Assembly: GCA_937929805.1 (NCBI GenBank)
Contig: CALFUT010000003.1
Location: 730 to 64,729, forward strand
Direction: 5' to 3'
DNA length: 64,000 nucleotides
DNA from: an uncultured Pirellulaceae bacterium
GTDB taxonomy: Bacteria; Planctomycetota; Planctomycetia; Pirellulales; Pirellulaceae
Below are positions 58,385-64,000 of this stretch, in pieces. Both the position numbers and the translations under genes were made by a program. Below the pieces are notes generated by a model. That model was not told where the DNA came from. It did not search any database and was given only the letters and a program-made list of their open reading frames with translations. How positions within the stretch are numbered: the first letter of the stretch is position 1; the number at the start of each line of letters is the position of its first letter.

Positions 58385-59530
58385 TCAGATGGGTTTCTCA
58401 TAGAGCCGCCACGTTTTGTAGCGGTCCAGATCAATCACGCTCTCGATCGCTCCCATCGAATTCGTATTGTCCTCGGCGACCCACGACAGTTCCCACTCTT
58501 TGAAGCTTCTCGCTAGATCCGTCAAACGCTTGATCAACAGAATCGCGATTCCTTTTTTGCGGAAGTCCTCGTGAACCCCCAACGCGATGACTCGCGACCG
58601 CGGACAGAACCGTGACAATAGCGGAACCTGAATCATTCTGAGCCAGTCAGGACGCCCAACGGTTTTACTCAACACCCAATTGATATCCGGGATGTTGACG
58701 ATGAATCCGACCAGTTGGTCTTCCCAATACGCAACATGAATCATGTCGAACCGAATGACCCGACGTAGATTCTGGATCATGAAGTTCAACTCGTCGTCCG
58801 TCAGTGGCACAAATCCAAAACCGTGCCGTCGCACCACGTTGCCCAGCTCATTGATGTCACGCAGCGTTTGCTCGTACGAGTGCCGATCCACTGCCTTGAA
58901 GTGCAATTTTGGATATCGGCGCAGGATCTTTTGCTCAATCTTTTTCAAGCGATTGAAATGGATCTTGCTTGTCGCTTGATCGTCGTGCGGCCGAACACGA
59001 AACGCGTAAAACTGCTTCACGACAGAGCAACCGCTGCCGATCAGCAGTCGATCATAAAATTGGGCGCAATGCGCGGTCATGACGTAGGGCGGAGCCCCGT
59101 TGCCATCGACCAAAACACCGAACTCACCTTTCATCGATGGATTGACCGGGCCGCGCATCGATGTGCAATCATTCGCTTTCAGCCAGTTAGACGCGGTATC
59201 CAAAAGCGAATCCGCCACTACCTGATCATCAATCGATTCAAACATTCCGAAGAAGCCGACGGAATCGGAATAATATTCGTTGTGCAGATCATCTTTGATG
59301 GCAGCGATGCGACCTACGACGTGTCCATCTCGGTAGCAAACCCACATCGCCCGGTCGGCATGCTTGTAAAACGGATGGCGTTCCACATCCACCGGCAGTC
59401 GCGCCATCTGGTTCAGAGGCCGAACATACGCACGATCATTGCGATACAACCGATCCGGAAGAGCGAAAAAGTCTGCTGACTGTTGAGCCGTTTCGACCTT
59501 CTGAATTTGAAACGCGGTGGATGAATTCAT
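58385..59530 (-). CDS. GNAT-fold N-acetyltransferase (YghO-like)
   Basis: VVGRIAAI, GFFGMFESIDD, MRGPVNPS, LGVHEDFRKKGI, ELSWVAEDN. Confidence 0.88.
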   Translation of the reverse strand: MNSSTAFQIQKVETAQQSADFFALPDRLYRNDRAYVRPLNQMARLPVDVERHPFYKHADRAMWVCYRDGHVVGRIAAIKDDLHNEYYSDSVGFFGMFESIDDQVVADSLLDTASNWLKANDCTSMRGPVNPSMKGEFGVLVDGNGAPPYVMTAHCAQFYDRLLIGSGCSVVKQFYAFRVRPHDDQATSKIHFNRLKKIEQKILRRYPKLHFKAVDRHSYEQTLRDINELGNVVRRHGFGFVPLTDDELNFMIQNLRRVIRFDMIHVAYWEDQLVGFIVNIPDINWVLSKTVGRPDWLRMIQVPLLSRFCPRSRVIALGVHEDFRKKGIAILLIKRLTDLARSFKEWELSWVAEDNTNSMGAIESVIDLDRYKTWRLYEKPI

Positions 59531-60159
59531 GGTCAAAAATGCCGCGCTGTTAATCGAAATCACAAATAAAAAAAACAGCAGTTGGTGGCCAGAGAAGTCT
59601 GCGTTGATAGCAAAGTTCCAAGCAAGTCAATCAGCTATTTTTACGATTGCTGTGTTTTGCTTGACACTTAATTTACACGTGTTTTGCCGTGCCAAAACGC
59701 AAATTGCCTAGAGAAGATCATAACACTTTTGAAAATAATTTCGCCCCCAGCAAATCTCCCTTGACCCATTGTTTTGCATTTTCTAACCTTCCCGAACCTG
59801 AAGCGAAAAGGCCGTTTTCGGTTGCTTCAAAAAGACAAAATATTTCGGTTTGAACTTTGGCAGTTTGTCCGATTGAGTCGTCGCCTGGCAACTCAACTTG
59901 ACAATCAGCGTTGCAGAACAGCGACACGGATGTTGCAGTTTTTCAGACGTGTTGAAGTCAGACCAAGAGATCGACCTTGCACGGAAGCCGGGTCGTGATC
60001 GTCCAATCGCTCTCGGACTACTGAGGTGTTCCCAGCCCCCCTGGAACCCAAGGTGCCGAGGGTGTTTTTTATGCGCTGATCGGAAGGTGGGAACAATGAG
60101 CCGCGAAGGATGGACTCGATTTCCGGACCTGTGTAGCTGGCAACTTGCGGTTCGCAGGC

Positions 60160-60746
60160 GAAGTTTTGAAACGCGGAGCCGCAAAGATCGCAGAGAAGGT
60201 GCGTGGACAGGATCTCTGCGTCCTCAGCGACTCTGCGTTTCTGTTTTGGATCGTAGTTGGTGGGTAGCTTGCGTTTGGCAGGCGGCATCGCAAACGGACG
60301 TGACCTATCGCCATTCTCGGTGGGCGAAGTTTTGAAACGTGGAGCCGCAAAGATCGCAGAGAAGGTGCGCGGACAGGATCTCTGCGTCCTCAGCGACTCT
60401 GCGTTTCTATTTTTGATCGTGCTTGGTGGGTAGCTTGCGTCTGGCAGGCGGCATCGCGAATGGACGTGACAAATCGCCATTCTCGGTGGGCGAAGTTTTG
60501 AAACGCGGAGGCGCAAAGATCGCAGAGAAGGTTCTCGGACAGGATCTCCGCGTGCTCAGCGACTCTGCGTTTCTGTTTTTGATTGTGCTTTATGGGTAGC
60601 TTGCGTCTGGCAGGCGGCATCGCGAATGGACGTGACACATCGCCATTCTCGGTGGGCGAAGCTTTGAAACGCGGAGGCGTAAAGACCGCAGAGAAGGTAC
60701 GCGGACAGGATCTCCGCGTCCTCAGCGACTCTGCGTTTCTGTTTTT
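60160..60746. repeat. Tandem array of 166-bp units (~3.5 copies) with internal REP-like hairpins
   Basis: GAAG(T/C)TTTGAAACG starts at 60160, 60326, 60492 and 60658. Each unit has a CGCAGAG arm and a CTCnGCG x3 arm. Confidence 0.95.
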
Positions 60747-60869
60747 GTTTTTGTGGATGTCAGTTCGTTCTCCAATCTGCCATGCAGTCAAGAAGAAACC
60801 AGAAGAAGCTCTTCACGCTTGCCACACCTGTTTCTCGCAGACGTCAGATGAGTTGCTCGCCGGAAACGA

Positions 60870-62147
60870 TTACTTCGGCAAGCGATTGAATGCCGCTGGA
60901 TCAAAAGGATCGACGACCGGTTCAGGTTGCTTGCGTTCCAGCTTGGCTGCTTGGCGTTCCTTTGACGGACCGGTAACTGCGCGACCCGTTTTTTGGGCCG
61001 CTGACAACGCTTCGGCATCCTCGGATTCCAGCCCGACCAGATCAATCGGTTCCGATTTTTCAGAAACAACTGCTGCTGGCAGTAGCTCGGGCGAATTCTT
61101 TGCAACCTGTCGTAGCCAATCCGTTAGCAGATCGAACTGTTTCGACCCGACTTTGATTCCCGGGCTTTTCTGCCCACCGTGTGCGGTAACGGCCTGAGTT
61201 ACGAGCGAACTGTCAGCAAGCTGGTTCGCGTCCACCCAATCCACAATCGATTGCAGATTTCGCTGCGTAAACCGTTTGGGAACCAACTGACCTCGCCCGC
61301 GATGGAACAAAGGCATCGTCGTCGCCGTCGAATTATGGCACTTTGCCGCCAAGCAACCTTTCAACAAAATCGGCTGCACGCGACGTTGAAATTGGTGCAG
61401 GTCTTCTCGAGTCAACAGCTCGGTCATCGAGTCAAGTTGACCAAGAACCGACGGTTTCGTCTTGGTGCGAGCAACATCAATTTTGACCGTCTCTTTTGCT
61501 TCAGTTTTCACTGGCTCGGTGTGACTAGCCATCGCCACGGCTCGATCGACCATCACTGCCGGCATAAAATTTTCTTCGCGATTCACAGATGGCAGCGAAT
61601 GAAATATAGGTTCAATATCCAAATAGCTAAGTGATTTGTCTGCGACAACGCGATTTGGCTCGGTGTTGCGATCATTTTTGACCACCGCCAATTTCGAGGG
61701 TTCAAACGTTCGCACAAGCTGGCGATCGAGAAACTGCAATTGTCGAGCATCGATCTGAGTCTGCATCAAACGATCGAGCTGTTGTTGAGCCTCGGCTTTC
61801 AGTCGGTGCTTCAGACACCAATGAAACAACGACAAATGGCCATCAATGTCTTCGCTACCAAGCTTGGATCCGCGATGTTGAAAGGCGGCACTCAACGAGT
61901 CAAAAATTTGATCGACTCGATTTGCCTGAAGAACGATCCGACTGCCGGCTGCCGTTTGAACGTGAACTTGATCGAAAGTTCGATTAACTTGGCCCTGCAA
62001 TACCCGTCCGTTATTCAGCAAAACAATTTCGTTCAACGGCTGAGCAACTGCTTCGGAAGCCGACTGGGCTAGGACCAATGAGGCCAGAGCTGACACACCA
62101 ACAAACACCGCGAGAAAACAGCCGGCATTTGTCATTTGTCTCAACAT
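60870..62147 (-). CDS. Secreted planctomycete hypothetical protein with CX4CH motif
   Basis: Signal peptide; IVLLNNGRVLQG domain; HLSLFHWCLKHRL helix; FQRRVQPILLKGCLAAKCH. Confidence 0.8.
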   Translation of the reverse strand: MLRQMTNAGCFLAVFVGVSALASLVLAQSASEAVAQPLNEIVLLNNGRVLQGQVNRTFDQVHVQTAAGSRIVLQANRVDQIFDSLSAAFQHRGSKLGSEDIDGHLSLFHWCLKHRLKAEAQQQLDRLMQTQIDARQLQFLDRQLVRTFEPSKLAVVKNDRNTEPNRVVADKSLSYLDIEPIFHSLPSVNREENFMPAVMVDRAVAMASHTEPVKTEAKETVKIDVARTKTKPSVLGQLDSMTELLTREDLHQFQRRVQPILLKGCLAAKCHNSTATTMPLFHRGRGQLVPKRFTQRNLQSIVDWVDANQLADSSLVTQAVTAHGGQKSPGIKVGSKQFDLLTDWLRQVAKNSPELLPAAVVSEKSEPIDLVGLESEDAEALSAAQKTGRAVTGPSKERQAAKLERKQPEPVVDPFDPAAFNRLPK

Positions 62148-62423
62148 GTCACCATTGGCCCGAAAAGCGTCGGTTGCAAAAATTAGCTATTGCGCGGACG
62201 ATAGAGAAACGTCGGATTTTCGTCAACGTAACTGGACGCGATTGGTATCCACTCGCAAGCCAATCCATTCACATTCTGCTAGCACGTTCGGTGTAATGAC
62301 ACAGGCCGCACAACTAGAGCGTATTCCGTTTAAATCTAGCGGTTTTTCGCTGCTTTAAACTCGGTTTTCACAACGCCACAGACGCTATCGTTAAGTGCAA
62401 CATGCATTAGGGAGCCTTGAAGG

Positions 62424-62915
62424 TTGAACCAAAACAAACCCATCGTGAAACCAACCATCAAAATCTGGGTCGACGGTGATGCGTGCCCGTCCAAGGTCAA
62501 GGAAATGGTGTTTCGCACCGCCAAACGGCGCGAGATCCAAACCACGCTGGTGGCCAATCAATCGATCAGGGTCCCTAAGTCGGAGTACATCGATGCCATT
62601 CTGGTACCGCATGGAGCCGACGTTGCAGACAAGAAGATCATCGAACTAATGCGAAAGGGGGATGTTGTTATCACGGGCGACATTCCGCTGGCGGCAGACG
62701 TCGTCAAGAAAGGCGGCATCGCCATTGGGACTCGCGGCGAGCTGTTTGATGAGTCATCGGTTCAGGGGCGCCTTGCGACGCGCAACCTGATGGATCAGCT
62801 CAGAAGTGCGGGCGTCGAGACCTCAGGCCCAAAACCACAAAGCCAGAAAGACGTTCAGGCTTTCGCCAACACGCTCGACCGCATGCTGACCAGACTCTCG
62901 AACAAAAAGAACTAA
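62424..62915 (+). CDS. YaiI/YqxD (DUF188/UPF0178) family protein
   Basis: IWVDGDACP, DVADKKI, VITGDIPLAA, GGPK-like SGPKP motif. Confidence 0.93.
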   Translation: MNQNKPIVKPTIKIWVDGDACPSKVKEMVFRTAKRREIQTTLVANQSIRVPKSEYIDAILVPHGADVADKKIIELMRKGDVVITGDIPLAADVVKKGGIAIGTRGELFDESSVQGRLATRNLMDQLRSAGVETSGPKPQSQKDVQAFANTLDRMLTRLSNKKN

Positions 62916-62975
62916 GCCACAAAGCCAGCTACAAACCAACGTGCCGATGGGCAATGGGCAAAAACCTACCTAAAA

Positions 62976-63184
62976 TTAGACAGGATCAACATGATTGACG
63001 GGATAATTGCCGAGCCACCAATCATGTTCATCCTGTAAATCCTGTCAAAGAAATCTAGGCAAAGTTAGGTTCAGATTTCCAACACGTTCATTCGTGTGGA
63101 TTCGTGTCCATTCGTGGTTAACAAGGATCAAAAATTTCGACCAAACACATCGTTCCGAAGCTCTGTGTTCTCGGTGCCTCCGTG
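62976..63184. repeat. Cluster of triple-heptamer REP-like arms
   Basis: GACAGGAT.../...ATCCTGTC hairpin (62976-63050); ATTCGTG x3 at a 10-bp period (63090-63116); CTCnGTG x3 (63161-63184). Confidence 0.65.
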
Positions 63185-63346
63185 TTTTTGAACCAAGCTC
63201 GTGCGCGTATCCTTTGGTCTTTCAACCCAGACAAGCAAGAAGGCACTCCGGGGCGAATAGTTGCAAGACTGATAGTGAACAGTTGAGGACAACTGTCCTA
63301 CAAAACAGTCCTACAAAAACGTTGAGGCCAGCAGTTCTAAGATGAT

Positions 63347-64000
63347 CTACGAGTAATAGATTAGTAGGAAAATTCCCAGCAACATCGCGGCCCAGAACGC
63401 CATCGCGTTTGTTGCCCAAGTGCCGCCCATCAGGCCCTTTTCGCCGAAGCCATCCGCCAGTCGGCCAATGAACGACTTACCGCAGTCAATGAATTCGGCT
63501 CGCACCTTCTTATCGAACCAACCGATCGCTGCACCGATGCTTCCCAACACCCAAGGCAATGGCTTTCGATAAAACCAATCCGTATCCAAGTTGGTCGCTC
63601 GAACTTCGGACGGGTAAAGCTTCGTGGTCATCAACACTACGAATGCCAATACCGCGAACATCAATAGCTGCAACATCGTGATCACGTGAGCCGCCGTGTA
63701 CGGCTTGTAAGGTTCCTCATGTCCATGGTGCATTGCCATCGGCTCCGTCGGCAACAAGCTGTAAAGCAACGGATAGAAGATCCCCAAACCAATGCACATC
63801 GCGGCGGCCAAGCCCATCGCGATCAGCATGTTGAGCGGAGCCTCTTTGACTCGTTTGCCGCTATCGTGAGCAAAGAACGCGAAGAACGGGATTTTGATCC
63901 CCGAGTGTTCCATTACACCTGCCGACGCGATCAGCAAGACGATCCAAACCCAGAACAAATGCTCCTGCCCCGCCGCCGTGATGATCATTGACTTACTGAT
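63347..64000 (-). CDS. Na+/H+ antiporter subunit D / NuoL-NuoM-like proton-translocating membrane subunit, C-terminal part (5' end outside the window)
   Basis: Frame is open to the window edge (ISKSMIITAAG); multi-TM; LDTDWFYRK tail. Confidence 0.8.
   Translation of the reverse strand: MSKSMIITAAGQEHLFWVWIVLLIASAGVMEHSGIKIPFFAFFAHDSGKRVKEAPLNMLIAMGLAAAMCIGLGIFYPLLYSLLPTEPMAMHHGHEEPYKPYTAAHVITMLQLLMFAVLAFVVLMTTKLYPSEVRATNLDTDWFYRKPLPWVLGSIGAAIGWFDKKVRAEFIDCGKSFIGRLADGFGEKGLMGGTWATNAMAFWAAMLLGIFLLIYYS

Noticed and set aside
59661-60070. Plus-strand sRNA from TTGACA (59661) to a stem-loop and U-tract at about 60012-60070
   Set aside because: No plausible -10 at a 16-18 bp spacing, so the transcript is unsupported without RNA-seq.
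60160-60746. CRISPR array
   Set aside because: Units are near-identical over the full 166 bp, there are no unique spacers, and no cas genes are present.
59783-60791. Several minus-strand ORFs beginning MRL(R/H)VSKLR and the 60583..61197 plus ORF
   Set aside because: They are translations of the 166-bp repeat in shifting frames, or antisense to the 60870..62147 gene.

Overview
A 64 kb chromosomal segment from a planctomycete, most likely Pirellulaceae. The evidence is a DUF1549/DUF1553-DUF1501 pair, a YTV-repeat protein, orphan TadE/TadG genes and planctomycete-type intergenic repeats. Most of the window is core genome: M16 peptidase, uvrA, cysteine desulfurase, rex, two RNA methyltransferases, glgC, rpsU, ABC1 kinase, site-2 protease, trpF, ahcY, parAB, galE, acs, tRNA-Gln(UUG) and tRNA-Pro(UGG). 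No prophage, transposase, rRNA or CRISPR array is supported. Two strong parS palindromes about 0.9 kb upstream of parAB suggest the window lies near the replication origin, but oriC itself could not be located. The best candidate for an undescribed system is a three-gene unit just downstream of parABS. It encodes a three-TM Wzc/Wzz-like protein with no tyrosine tail, an ExeA-like AAA ATPase with a roughly 500-aa acidic disordered tail, and a CpsD-like pseudokinase that has lost its P-loop. Other notable items: a YTV protein with exact mirror symmetry (7 x 16-aa arms around a DPCTG turn, Cys only on one arm), a Rex-like operator upstream of it and a probable CTG start for rex; a switch-like structured leader on ahcY; a second structured leader on a small conserved gene; a four-repeat MshEN-like protein divergent from the Tad pseudopilin cassette; and several families of REP/MITE-like repeats, including a 166-bp tandem array. 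All family assignments come from motif recognition by eye; no database searches were run.
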